A stretch of 64,000 bases of DNA from a virus. Below the pieces are notes generated by a model that saw only the letters and a list, made by a program, of their open reading frames with translations, was not told the DNA's origin and did no database searches. Of this stretch, positions 24,498 to 33,935 are shown in pieces; position 1 is the first letter of the stretch; every line of letters begins with the position of its first letter. The stretch lies in IMG/VR virus record IMGVR_UViG_3300045988_135886; one strand, given 5' to 3'. Made by a program: the position numbers and the translations under genes.

Positions 24498-24617
24498 TTA
24501 ACTCATTAATAATGGTAATAAAAACGCCCATAAGCACCATGGCGATTCTGTAATTTTCATACCTATTATTACTGCTACAGCAGTTGAAATCCATGCTATT
24601 GCTTTTGCAAATTCCAT
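24498..24617 (-). CDS. Possible 39-aa membrane peptide (below the ORF-track threshold)
   Basis: 'MEFAKAIAWISTAVAVIIGMKITESPWCLWAFLLPLLMS' fills the gap between 24442 and 24621. Hydrophobic. Confidence 0.3.
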   Translation of the reverse strand: MEFAKAIAWISTAVAVIIGMKITESPWCLWAFLLPLLMS

Positions 24618-24620
24618 ATT

Positions 24621-24842
24621 CTAATTCTCCTTCAATACCATAATAACTGCATTACACATACCAATAATCTTTTGAAATTTTTCATCTTTCGAATGAACGT
24701 TTGCACTAGATAAGGCATATCCATTTTCTGCAATTTCTTTTATTGCTGACATCCATTCAACAACAATGTTACTACCAGATTTTTCTTTAAGCTGATTTTC
24801 AGCATACATTCTTTCTTTATCAATAACTTCTTTATCAATCAT
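24621..24842 (-). CDS. Hypothetical protein
   Basis: ORF in an operon context. No motif. Confidence 0.35.
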   Translation of the reverse strand: MIDKEVIDKERMYAENQLKEKSGSNIVVEWMSAIKEIAENGYALSSANVHSKDEKFQKIIGMCNAVIMVLKEN

Positions 24843-24844
24843 TG

Positions 24845-25114
24845 TTAATATTCCTCATAGTCAGTCTCATCACTGATATTTAATTTATGTTTCTCAGCTT
24901 CATGTACTTTATTCAATGCGACTTTTTTACTATCAAATACTACTTCTCCTACAGTATTAAATCCTAAGAGATACTCATGTTTATCTCTTTTATCCATACC
25001 TACAAAGTAGGTGTCTGTGACTGTACGAACAGTCAAATCACAGACATCATAGATACCTACTGTAGGGAAAATTCTTGTATAATAGAGCTTGTCACCTTTT
25101 TCTATTACTTTCAT
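24845..25114 (-). CDS. Hypothetical protein
   Basis: ORF with a 1-nt overlap with the RNR gene stop. No motif. Confidence 0.35.
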   Translation of the reverse strand: MKVIEKGDKLYYTRIFPTVGIYDVCDLTVRTVTDTYFVGMDKRDKHEYLLGFNTVGEVVFDSKKVALNKVHEAEKHKLNISDETDYEEY

Positions 25115-27363
25115 TAATCACATTTACTCCATCCACAATTCTTGCAAGTGTTACAGCCACCTTCAAAGACTAATTCTCCACCACACTGAGGACATTTCGC
25201 CTTAGAAACTGGTACAATTTTAGGTGTAATAACTTCTAATTCTTTTTCTTCAATATCTGAAAAACCTACTTCATCCATCATCTCTTCATACATTTCAAGA
25301 AGAGCATTTCCAATAGCTACAGGGCAACTGCTGCCTTTAGATGTATCGTGCTTAGTAGCTGTTCTAACCGCATATGATGGACAGGTACCAGAAGATTTTA
25401 ACTGATCTACTATGGAATAAACATCAATTCCGCCTCTAGCTGCCAAAGAAATCATTCTCGAAAGTCCAATCATAAAATTATTACACCCACCGGAAGACCC
25501 TTTACTGAAATAAGTTTCAAGCAACTGGCCATTGTCTGGATCAAAGAAAGCTTCACAATGGAGTGTTCCACAACCTGTCCTAAGAGTTCTCTTTTTGCCA
25601 ATGCAATTATCATCTGCTTTGATGATCATTCCTCTTTCTAATCTGTGAGGTTTTTCTACAATATCTTCTACATTCTCTTTAATAGTAAGAATACCTGCAC
25701 GTTTACATCCATCTCTAAAGATAGTTACACCTTTTAATCCTGCATCCCATGCAGTCATGTATAATCCTTCCACCTGTTCAACTGTAAAATCATTTGGAAC
25801 ATTAACAGTAGAACTGATAGATGCATCAATGTGTGACTGCCAAATACTTTGCATATAGATTCTGTTCTTATAATCCAGTGTCTGAGCTGTTACAAAGTAA
25901 TCTGGTAATTCAGAATCATCTTTTAATCCATGTTTATCCATATATTCTTTTACAATTGAAGTGTAGACTTTATAATATTCATCATGACCTTTAAGAGACT
26001 CTGTTTTTCTTGTATAGTAGTTTGCAAAAATAGGTTCAATACCACCAGACACACCAAGCATAGTTGAAAGAGATCCAGTTGGTGCAATTGTAAGTAACTG
26101 AGAGTTTCTAAGTCCAAATGATTCTACTAATTCTTTTGTTTCTCCTAATGCATTTTTACTATAAAACGCTGATTGTTCTACCGCTTCTGGTTTATATTTA
26201 GGATATACACCATATTCTTTTGCTAACACAGCAGATGTTTTAATTGCCATATCTGCCATAGTATGTCCAATCATGTCACATAAATCAATGGCTTCTGGAC
26301 TACCATATTTAATTCCCAGTTTAATAAGCAAATCGGCAAGACCAAAGATTCCAAGTCCAATCTGTCTCCAATCATATACAGATTCTCTTTGTTCTTTTAA
26401 TGGATGGAGTGGAAGTCCTTCATCTAATACTTCATTTAATGCAATAACAGACGATTTGACACAATGCTTAAAACTCTCAAAATCAAATCCTGTATCACAT
26501 GCAAATTCAGCTAGGTTAATGCTACCAAGAAGGCATGAACCTCCCGCTGGCAAAGGTTCTTCTGCGCATGGATTTGTTCCTGCATATTCAAACTCATCAT
26601 CACAACTAAGTAAATTCCAGTTATTGATTCTGTCCCAGAAAAGCATTCCAGGTTCAGCATAATCCCAGTTCATTTCACACATTTTATGAAACATTTCATA
26701 TGCATCAATTTCTTTAGTGATGGTTTCTCCTGTTTCTAACCTAGTAAATGATAAAGTAAATGGAGTTTTATTCTTTACCGCAGCCATAAACTTGTCTGTA
26801 ATTCTAATAGAAATATTAGCTTTTGTGACTCTATCAAGGTCTGATTTAATACCAATAAACTCTTCTAAGTCTGGATGCTCACATGAAAGACTAAGCATTA
26901 AAGCTCCTCTACGTCCCGCTTGCCCGATTAATCCAGTAACCATAGAATATAAGTCCATAAATGATACAGAACCAGTTGTTTCTTTAGCGGCATTATTGAC
27001 CTTTGCACCTCTTGGAGATAATTTACTAATATCAACTCCACATCCACCACCATAGCTATATGTACGAGCAAGTTTTTTAGCGCAGTCAAAGATACTTTCA
27101 ATATTGTCTTCCGGTGGTTCAATTACATAGCAATTACTGAGACTAATTTTACGTCCTTTATTCTCAAGACCTCTATTAGCAAGAATGCGACCTCCAAATA
27201 AGAACTTTTTCTCTTTAATTAAATTAGCAATTTCTGAATTTCCACCAGATACACGATTAATCCACTCATCAAAAGTTTCATTTTCATATCTGTATTTTCT
27301 TTCCCAAATATCTTGTCCTAATTGATTCTCTGTTCCTAACCATTCCTGTACTGTCATACACAT
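25114..27363 (-). CDS. nrdJ: Class II (adenosylcobalamin-dependent) ribonucleotide reductase
   Basis: 'LSNCYVIEPPEDNIESIF', 'GGGCGVDISKLSPRGA', 'GTNPCAEEPLPAGGSCLLGSINL' and the C-terminal Zn-ribbon 'CPQCGGELVFEGGCNTCKNCGWSKC' are characteristic of monomeric class II RNRs. Confidence 0.8.
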   Translation of the reverse strand: MCMTVQEWLGTENQLGQDIWERKYRYENETFDEWINRVSGGNSEIANLIKEKKFLFGGRILANRGLENKGRKISLSNCYVIEPPEDNIESIFDCAKKLARTYSYGGGCGVDISKLSPRGAKVNNAAKETTGSVSFMDLYSMVTGLIGQAGRRGALMLSLSCEHPDLEEFIGIKSDLDRVTKANISIRITDKFMAAVKNKTPFTLSFTRLETGETITKEIDAYEMFHKMCEMNWDYAEPGMLFWDRINNWNLLSCDDEFEYAGTNPCAEEPLPAGGSCLLGSINLAEFACDTGFDFESFKHCVKSSVIALNEVLDEGLPLHPLKEQRESVYDWRQIGLGIFGLADLLIKLGIKYGSPEAIDLCDMIGHTMADMAIKTSAVLAKEYGVYPKYKPEAVEQSAFYSKNALGETKELVESFGLRNSQLLTIAPTGSLSTMLGVSGGIEPIFANYYTRKTESLKGHDEYYKVYTSIVKEYMDKHGLKDDSELPDYFVTAQTLDYKNRIYMQSIWQSHIDASISSTVNVPNDFTVEQVEGLYMTAWDAGLKGVTIFRDGCKRAGILTIKENVEDIVEKPHRLERGMIIKADDNCIGKKRTLRTGCGTLHCEAFFDPDNGQLLETYFSKGSSGGCNNFMIGLSRMISLAARGGIDVYSIVDQLKSSGTCPSYAVRTATKHDTSKGSSCPVAIGNALLEMYEEMMDEVGFSDIEEKELEVITPKIVPVSKAKCPQCGGELVFEGGCNTCKNCGWSKCD

Positions 27364-27368
27364 TCTCC

Positions 27369-27794
27369 TTAATCGTAATAATTAATAATATAATCAACAG
27401 CTTCTTCAAGAGTATCAAACACTACATCACAATCTTCAGGAAGCCATTCATATACATTCTGTTTCCCAAATCCAATAACAGGTATCCCTTTATCAACTGC
27501 ATATTGTAATTCCTGTCCAGTTCCCACAGAATTTTCAGTATTATTAAGGTTTACTAAAATCAAATCACTATTGGCGATGAGATACTTTATATAGAAATTT
27601 TTTGTCTGCTTGGCTGTAATAGATTTAGAGCCATCTCTAGGAAAATACTCTGTTGGATCATATAAGTGATATGCAATAAGATCTAAATACTTTTGTGCTA
27701 AAATAAATCTCTCAAAAGCTTCATTCCTCCAAGATGTCCCTTCATCAACTAATCCTTTGCAAGCACCAGCTAAATAAATATTTAATCTTTTCAT
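27369..27794 (-). CDS. Nucleoside 2-deoxyribosyltransferase-like protein
   Basis: The 'MKRLNIYLAGA' N-terminus, the size (141 aa) and '..GTGQELQYAVDKGIPVIGF' fit the Rossmann-like NDT fold pattern. Confidence 0.5.
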   Translation of the reverse strand: MKRLNIYLAGACKGLVDEGTSWRNEAFERFILAQKYLDLIAYHLYDPTEYFPRDGSKSITAKQTKNFYIKYLIANSDLILVNLNNTENSVGTGQELQYAVDKGIPVIGFGKQNVYEWLPEDCDVVFDTLEEAVDYIINYYD

Positions 27795-27795
27795 T

Positions 27796-28032
27796 TTATT
27801 CCTCCATCATATATTTAATAAACAAAGCTGCATCATCAGGGTTCTCACAATGCAATTCAAGAGTATCTAATAAAGTGTCCCCTGACTGTACCAAAGCAGT
27901 TAAAACAAATCTGCATAACTGACTGTTAAGGACAATATTGTCACCTTCCGGTGAGACAATATCTACTCTTCCTTTACATTTATCTACTACTTTAAAAAAT
28001 GATTCAAAATCTTTAATTCTATTAATTTTCAC
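27796..28032 (-). CDS. Hypothetical protein, possibly a second HPr-fold paralogue
   Basis: 'FFKVVDKCKGRVDIVSPEGDNIVLNSQLCRFVLTALVQSGDTLLDTLELHCENPDDAALF' has the same hydrophobic pattern as the HPr core. The similarity is weak. Confidence 0.25.
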   Translation of the reverse strand: MKINRIKDFESFFKVVDKCKGRVDIVSPEGDNIVLNSQLCRFVLTALVQSGDTLLDTLELHCENPDDAALFIKYMMEE

Positions 28033-28050
28033 TCTTGTCCTCCTTATCTC

Positions 28051-28404
28051 TCAAATCATCTTTTCTAAACATACTGCGTAATCAACTTTTCGTGAAATTT
28101 CATTGAATACTACATCCTCAGATACTTTGCCAACATACCAAAAATAAGGACTAATACCTTCGTTCATTTTTTCTGCTAATTTATCTGCTCTTTCCTGGTG
28201 CTCATATGCTATATTGCCATATTTAAGTTTCTCTGAATCCCATACAGTATTCCCTATTTTTGTTTTAAATGTTAAATATGATTCATACTCTTTAATATAT
28301 TCTTTAACTACCGAAAGCATTTTAGGGATATTTTCTTCTAGCACTGGATCACCAATAAATTCCACTGGATACACGACAATGATGTTGATATGTGGCGGTT
28401 CCAT
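28051..28404 (-). CDS. Hypothetical protein
   Basis: ORF in an operon context. No motif. Confidence 0.35.
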   Translation of the reverse strand: MEPPHINIIVVYPVEFIGDPVLEENIPKMLSVVKEYIKEYESYLTFKTKIGNTVWDSEKLKYGNIAYEHQERADKLAEKMNEGISPYFWYVGKVSEDVVFNEISRKVDYAVCLEKMI

Positions 28405-28457
28405 ACTAGCAACTTCTTTTACACAAAAGTTTTTGTCATCTAAAACTATTATTTTAG

Positions 28458-28730
28458 TTACTTCCCTTCTACTAATTCAAATTCTTCTTTAAATTCTTCG
28501 TCTGTATAGCAACTCCATGTATAATCTTCTAATCCTAAAACATACCACCGATTATAGAAGTAATATGATCTATACCAACCAAGATGTTCAACAATACAAT
28601 GCCTGTCATTATCTTCTTTGATAAATATATGTTCACCATCAATATTAGGCTCAAATATTTTCAAAACTTCTTCTCGATTTTGTTTTGTTAAATATATACA
28701 TTCATATTGTTCTTTCCTCACACATTTCAT
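28458..28730 (-). CDS. Hypothetical protein
   Basis: ORF in an operon context. No motif. Confidence 0.35.
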   Translation of the reverse strand: MKCVRKEQYECIYLTKQNREEVLKIFEPNIDGEHIFIKEDNDRHCIVEHLGWYRSYYFYNRWYVLGLEDYTWSCYTDEEFKEEFELVEGK

Positions 28731-28914
28731 TGTTGTCTCCTATAAATAATTGAAAATCATTAGCTTCACAACAAGCTGCTTTATATAGAGTAGCCATAGA
28801 AAATACTTCTCCTGGCTGGAATCTATCTACTTCTTTGTATCTATAACAGGATTCTTTTTTAGGACAATCCACTAACTCTCCTGCACAGAAAGTAATATCG
28901 TGACTAAACGCCAT
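28702..28914 (-). CDS. Small Cys-containing hypothetical protein
   Basis: The start is moved to ATG 28914 ('MAFSHDITFCAGELVDCPKKESC'), which removes most of the overlap with the upstream gene. Confidence 0.35.
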   Translation of the reverse strand: MAFSHDITFCAGELVDCPKKESCYRYKEVDRFQPGEVFSMATLYKAACCEANDFQLFIGDNNEMCEERTI

Positions 28915-29101
28915 AATACCCGCCTCCCATCGGTTCATTAATAAATTCATCTATTGATCTATAGTCTTTAAGCATAGCAATTGCTCTACATAAGATGCCT
29001 TCTATTTCACAATATTGAGCACTATCAGCAATATCTGATAATCTATCAATCACCTGTGTAATTGTCATATTCTTATATGATGGCTCTTTGTATTCATCCA
29101 T
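28904..29101 (-). CDS. Hypothetical protein
   Basis: ORF in an operon context. No motif. Confidence 0.35.
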   Translation of the reverse strand: MDEYKEPSYKNMTITQVIDRLSDIADSAQYCEIEGILCRAIAMLKDYRSIDEFINEPMGGGYYGV

Positions 29102-29112
29102 ATTTATACCTC

Positions 29113-31272
29113 CTAAAAATCAAATTTCTTGTTACATAATTCATCTAAATCATCCATAAGATAAGTTTGTCTATGGATAATCTGTTCTTTAGTAATTGCG
29201 TATTGCAGAGCCTTAGTCTGAGCACATAGTATAAATTTTTTACTGGCTCTAGTAATCATGGTGTATAAGAGTTCTTTATTAAGCATAATAAACATTGAAA
29301 AGTCTATTCCTCCAATAACTGTATCAAACTGACTTCCTTGAGCTGAATGACAAGTTATTGCATATCCAAGCTCTATATAAGGAGCATGTGATTTAGGTAC
29401 TTCTACATAGCCAATTCCTTGAAAATCTATCAGGATATAGTCATTTTTTATATCTTTTATGATGCCTAAATTCCCGTTGAAAATATCTACAACTGAACCA
29501 TCAGAATTAATTATCTGGTACTTATTCTGTTTGTTTATAACTTTATCTCCTACTTTTAATACCCATTGAACTACTCCACTTTTCATAATTTTGTATTGCT
29601 TTTTTGATTTGGGGTTGTATATCTGTTGAGCTATATGATTTAAAGAAGCTACTGAAGACACTCCTTGTTTACAAGGAACAATGATTTGCACATCCAGAAT
29701 AGATTTAGCATGTTTGATTTCTTCTTTAAAATACTGCACTATATTATGATATGTATTAGATTTATCAGTATAGCAATTAAGAATCATGTCCTGAAGTTCA
29801 CCTCTTGTTTCTTCTCCAGTCCACCCATCAGAAGTTAATTGTTTTCCTTGTCTCACTCGAATACTTTCAGTAATAATCGCTGATTTCTGAGCTTGTCTAT
29901 GAATTTTATCAAGGAAAATTGAAGATATATATTTAGATTCAAGCATATCAGCAGCTACTGCACAGGAACCTATAGATTCTAGCTGCCCCACATCTCCAAT
30001 AAAGATTACTTTTGTTCCAGTAGCACACGCTTTCAGTAATTGCTTAAAAAGATAACCATCAATCATAGACATTTCGTCCACTACAATAATGTCATAATCT
30101 AAAGGATCATACTCATAGTCAAATGGTGTTCTTGGATCTCCATATTTGAGTTTGAGTAACTTATGAATTGTTTGACTTTCTTTACCAGAAGCTTCACTAA
30201 TTCTCGCCGCAGCTCTTCCGGCTAAAGCTACTGTTACACTTTTATAATCTTGCAGGATAGTAAGAATACCATCAATAATACTCGTCTTACCTGTTCCGCC
30301 GTAACCGGAGATACAGCATAACTGATTATCGAGAACCATTTTAATACCCTCAAGCTGTTGCTCTGTATAATCCCATCCTTGAGCTTTTTCTTTCTTTTTA
30401 ATTATCTCTAGCCAGTTACTATACTTAAATTTATTAGGGGCATTTTTTAATCTTACTAAATGTTCAGCTATCGAATATTCTAAGTCATAATACCATTTCA
30501 ATCCTATCTTAGTTTTTTCTTTATTCCATACAATCATTTGGGAATCTTGTAAATCATGTATCGCTTCAGCGATATTCAAATCAGGTACTTCTTCTCCTAT
30601 TTTATCTATTAACTCTTGCATGATTTCTTCTGAATAACTAAATGATTTTCCATTCTCTCCTTGATTCCTTAGAAACATTTTAATACAAGTTTCAATCCGA
30701 TCTATACCATAAGGATCAGCTCCATTCTGCAGTGCTATATCATCGGCTGTTTTCCAACCTATCCCTCTTATGATTGTCAAATCATATGGATGATTTTTTA
30801 CTACATCAACGGCTTTATCTACATCTTCATGATAGTATTTAATAATCTTTTCTATCAATTTATCAGTAATAGAATATCTGGCTAAATCAATATAAGCTTT
30901 GTGTTTGTCATAAGTATCATTAAATTTCTCAATCCACTTAGTAGCTACGTTAGGGCCACATCCTTTAATTTTTGTAAGTTCTTTTACGTTCCCTTCTTTT
31001 AAAGCTAAGTAAGGATTATCTAAAGTCTCATACATTCTTTGTACATGTTTGGGGAATAGTTTGCAGAGAATATATTTTTGACCTCTAATATCAGTTTCAG
31101 CTAAATCATTATTCATAGAGCTTTCAAGAATACTAATTTGCTCTCCCCAGGTGGGGCTATAATCCATTTCACCTTTTATGTCGTAAACTTTTCCTATAAT
31201 AGGCGTATGAATATTTCCTTTAATACAATATCTCATGCCTTTTGTAAGATTTCCTACAGTTATTTCTCTCAC
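29113..31272 (-). CDS. RecD/RecD2-like SF1 helicase
   Basis: Walker A 'ISGYGGTGKTS', Walker B 'IIVVDEMSMID' and an HhH-like region 'IRGIGWKTADDIA'. The open frame extends 32 codons upstream of the GTG with no canonical start codon. Confidence 0.75.
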   Translation of the reverse strand: MREITVGNLTKGMRYCIKGNIHTPIIGKVYDIKGEMDYSPTWGEQISILESSMNNDLAETDIRGQKYILCKLFPKHVQRMYETLDNPYLALKEGNVKELTKIKGCGPNVATKWIEKFNDTYDKHKAYIDLARYSITDKLIEKIIKYYHEDVDKAVDVVKNHPYDLTIIRGIGWKTADDIALQNGADPYGIDRIETCIKMFLRNQGENGKSFSYSEEIMQELIDKIGEEVPDLNIAEAIHDLQDSQMIVWNKEKTKIGLKWYYDLEYSIAEHLVRLKNAPNKFKYSNWLEIIKKKEKAQGWDYTEQQLEGIKMVLDNQLCCISGYGGTGKTSIIDGILTILQDYKSVTVALAGRAAARISEASGKESQTIHKLLKLKYGDPRTPFDYEYDPLDYDIIVVDEMSMIDGYLFKQLLKACATGTKVIFIGDVGQLESIGSCAVAADMLESKYISSIFLDKIHRQAQKSAIITESIRVRQGKQLTSDGWTGEETRGELQDMILNCYTDKSNTYHNIVQYFKEEIKHAKSILDVQIIVPCKQGVSSVASLNHIAQQIYNPKSKKQYKIMKSGVVQWVLKVGDKVINKQNKYQIINSDGSVVDIFNGNLGIIKDIKNDYILIDFQGIGYVEVPKSHAPYIELGYAITCHSAQGSQFDTVIGGIDFSMFIMLNKELLYTMITRASKKFILCAQTKALQYAITKEQIIHRQTYLMDDLDELCNKKFDF

Positions 31273-31367
31273 TGTTGCATAAAATATGCCCCAGTGAGTA
31301 GAATCATTATAGTATTTTTGCTCTTCTAAAAGACCTTTGAACTGTACCTGTTCAACTACAGTTTCTA

Positions 31368-33935
31368 TTATCCTTCACCAACTTTCTTTCTATCTGTTTG
31401 AGCCAATATTGTTCCATCATTGTAAATTTCCTCAATTCTATTAGTTGTATGAGTATAAACAGTGTCTGCATATTTCGTGACAACAAATTGATCCTCACGC
31501 CTATAACCACAAACAATGATTTTAGAACCTCTTTTAAACCAAGACTCTTCCAGAACTTTTTTCTTGCCTGCAGGTGTCTGCTCAGAAATTCTTTTATTAT
31601 AATAACTATACTGACCTTTGTTATATTTACAGGTCACTACACCATGATTAGTGAGTAAAGTTACCAAATGTTTGTTGTTATCAGAATCTAAAACAGTTCC
31701 AGCTAATCGAACAATCTGGAATTTAGGAGTATGCTTAATTTCTCCTCGTATTCTTCTCGTAATATATTGATATACGAGAGGAGTTTCAGAGAGTGAATTA
31801 TAATCAACTACTCCATATTTTGGCTCATTCAAATTCCACAACTCATGTCGATCCGGGTAATAGCTTAATGATTCCATATCCCATTGTTCTAATGATCCAG
31901 ATGCATAAGATTCCATTGTTGAGTCAAGTTTTTTCTGGTTATATAATTGAAGTGTCTCAGGTAAAGCCATATAATCTTTCAATGGTTGGATAAGAGCGTC
32001 CCATTCTTTATTAAAGAGCTTCTCTGAAATAATTACTCCATCCTCCTTTGTACCCACAATACATGTATTAAAGTGCTCCATCAAAAATTCTGTACCTCTT
32101 TCATCAAGAGCAAAATATCTGTCATGATATCCTTTTTTAGGTACCTTTTTTTCTTCGTCTATTATGTTTTTCAAGAAGAAACTCTCATGTAAAGCATACG
32201 CTTTGAAATTCTTGATTCTAATCATTGTTTCCATCTCTTTTGGAAAGATGTCATATTCCAACGCTGAGTTAAACTGTTGCATAGTCAGCTTATCTGTAGG
32301 CGTAAATACATTACGAGAAAGAAACTTTTTCATTGTTTCCATGCGATCTGGAGAATCAAGTTCATTGAAACAACCAGCTTTAATTAGAATAATCATTTTA
32401 GCAGTACCAATAATCTTAGTGTCTACCATACGTTTACAGAAATCTTCAAATGAACTATAAGGCTGGTGCTCTACAATGGCACGAGCTATATCATCACCTA
32501 TTCCACAAAGTCCTTTAAAAGAGAAAATAATACGATTGTTCTTTTCATCTGGGACAAAAGAAAACTTTGCTTCATTGATAAGAGGTCTGTCTACTATGAT
32601 TGAACGCTGCTTAAAATTGGCTATTGCTGAAGCTATCTTTCCATACTTAGTCGATTTATTATCTTCTATCTCTTCATTAGCACCAGCATCAACAATAAGG
32701 TTAGCTGCATTCCAATAAATCAATGGATAATGATAAGCTAAATTCATTTCTTGTACTGCAATAGTTGAATAAGCAACGATATGAGGGAGACTAAAACTAT
32801 ATCCAAGCTGTTTTCTTATAACTTCGTTCCATACATAATCAAGCATATTAATTCGTGTACCTATCTCTAATCCATGCTTATAAAATTTATCATGTGCTTC
32901 TTTCTGTAGTTTTTTCTTTTTCTTTGCGATACTTTTACGTAAGTAGTTAGCTTCAGTCATAGTAAAATCTGATATATGTTTATCCATAGATAGTTGCATT
33001 ACTTCTTCCTGCATTGTTGCCATACCATGAACAGATTTCAAATATTTTTCTATAATTCCTATTTCGCTATCATTTAACTGATATTTTTGCTTCATACATT
33101 TGTACCATTCATTGATATTGTTTTTATACCTAACAAAGGTATCAATTGGCTGTTCTTCATCTTCTCCCTGTACCATAAGACGCATAGCAGCATTAGCAGT
33201 ACCCAGTTCAGTTAAAGATCTAGGTTTAATTGTTTGGATAGCTTTAGCTCCTACCTGAGTCTGAAACTGGAATAAGTTTACAATTTCAAGATTCTCTGCC
33301 ATCTTCCACATCTCTTCTGAATCATAATCTAATACATCAGGATGAAGATATTTATTATAGGTATCTCTTAAAGTACCTTGCCATTCAATATATCCATATT
33401 TGGCTAAAAAGTCTAAACATAAATGCATGGCATCTAAGTTTTGAATAGTTAAGTAATCAAATTTAAGTCCACCACAATAAGATGAATTATCCATATCCCA
33501 TTGTGTAACAGGCTGTCCATTTGGGGCCTTCATCATTGCATTGTGTTCTAAGTAAGGAGCATCAAATATGATTACTCCACTGGCATGTATTGATCTGCCA
33601 CAAACTAGGCCCTCTATTGCCATAGCAGTATCCAATAAGCCAGGATATTTCTTACATTCATTTAAAAATTCTGTTGCAGGTTTCACATTATCTTCTTCGT
33701 TACCATATTTCATTTCAGTCAAAGAAGCTGTTTTTCCTCTGGTAACCGGAATCATTCCAGCTAAATATTGTGCTATGTCATTATCTATCCTCATTCCTCT
33801 AGCAGTAGTAAGAATTGCCGATTTACTTCCTTCTGTCTTAAATGTACAAATGTTAAGTACTTTATCATATCCATATCTTTTTCTTGTTGCTTCTATAATC
33901 CTTTGCCTTTTTGAGGCTTCTGTATCAATATCTAC
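31368..33935 (-). CDS. dnaE: DNA polymerase III alpha subunit (DnaE-type), exon 2
   Basis: The frame is open from 33935 ('VDIDTEASKRQRIIEATRKRYGYDKVLNICTFKTEGSKSAIL...'), 47 codons upstream of the track Met. This continues the 'PD(F/I)D(I/V)D' motif begun in exon 1. A stop codon lies 4 codons upstream of the junction. Confidence 0.75.
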   Translation of the reverse strand, partial: VDIDTEASKRQRIIEATRKRYGYDKVLNICTFKTEGSKSAILTTARGMRIDNDIAQYLAGMIPVTRGKTASLTEMKYGNEEDNVKPATEFLNECKKYPGLLDTAMAIEGLVCGRSIHASGVIIFDAPYLEHNAMMKAPNGQPVTQWDMDNSSYCGGLKFDYLTIQNLDAMHLCLDFLAKYGYIEWQGTLRDTYNKYLHPDVLDYDSEEMWKMAENLEIVNLFQFQTQVGAKAIQTIKPRSLTELGTANAAMRLMVQGEDEEQPIDTFVRYKNNINEWYKCMKQKYQLNDSEIGIIEKYLKSVHGMATMQEEVMQLSMDKHISDFTMTEANYLRKSIAKKKKKLQKEAHDKFYKHGLEIGTRINMLDYVWNEVIRKQLGYSFSLPHIVAYSTIAVQEMNLAYHYPLIYWNAANLIVDAGANEEIEDNKSTKYGKIASAIANFKQRSIIVDRPLINEAKFSFVPDEKNNRIIFSFKGLCGIGDDIARAIVEHQPYSSFEDFCKRMVDTKIIGTAKMIILIKAGCFNELDSPDRMETMKKFLSRNVFTPTDKLTMQQFNSALEYDIFPKEMETMIRIKNFKAYALHESFFLKNIIDEEKKVPKKGYHDRYFALDERGTEFLMEHFNTCIVGTKEDGVIISEKLFNKEWDALIQPLKDYMALPETLQLYNQKKLDSTMESYASGSLEQWDMESLSYYPDRHELWNLNEPKYGVVDYNSLSETPLVYQYITRRIRGEIKHTPKFQIVRLAGTVLDSDNNKHLVTLLTNHGVVTCKYNKGQYSYYNKRISEQTPAGKKKVLEESWFKRGSKIIVCGYRREDQFVVTKYADTVYTHTTNRIEEIYNDGTILAQTDRKKVGEG

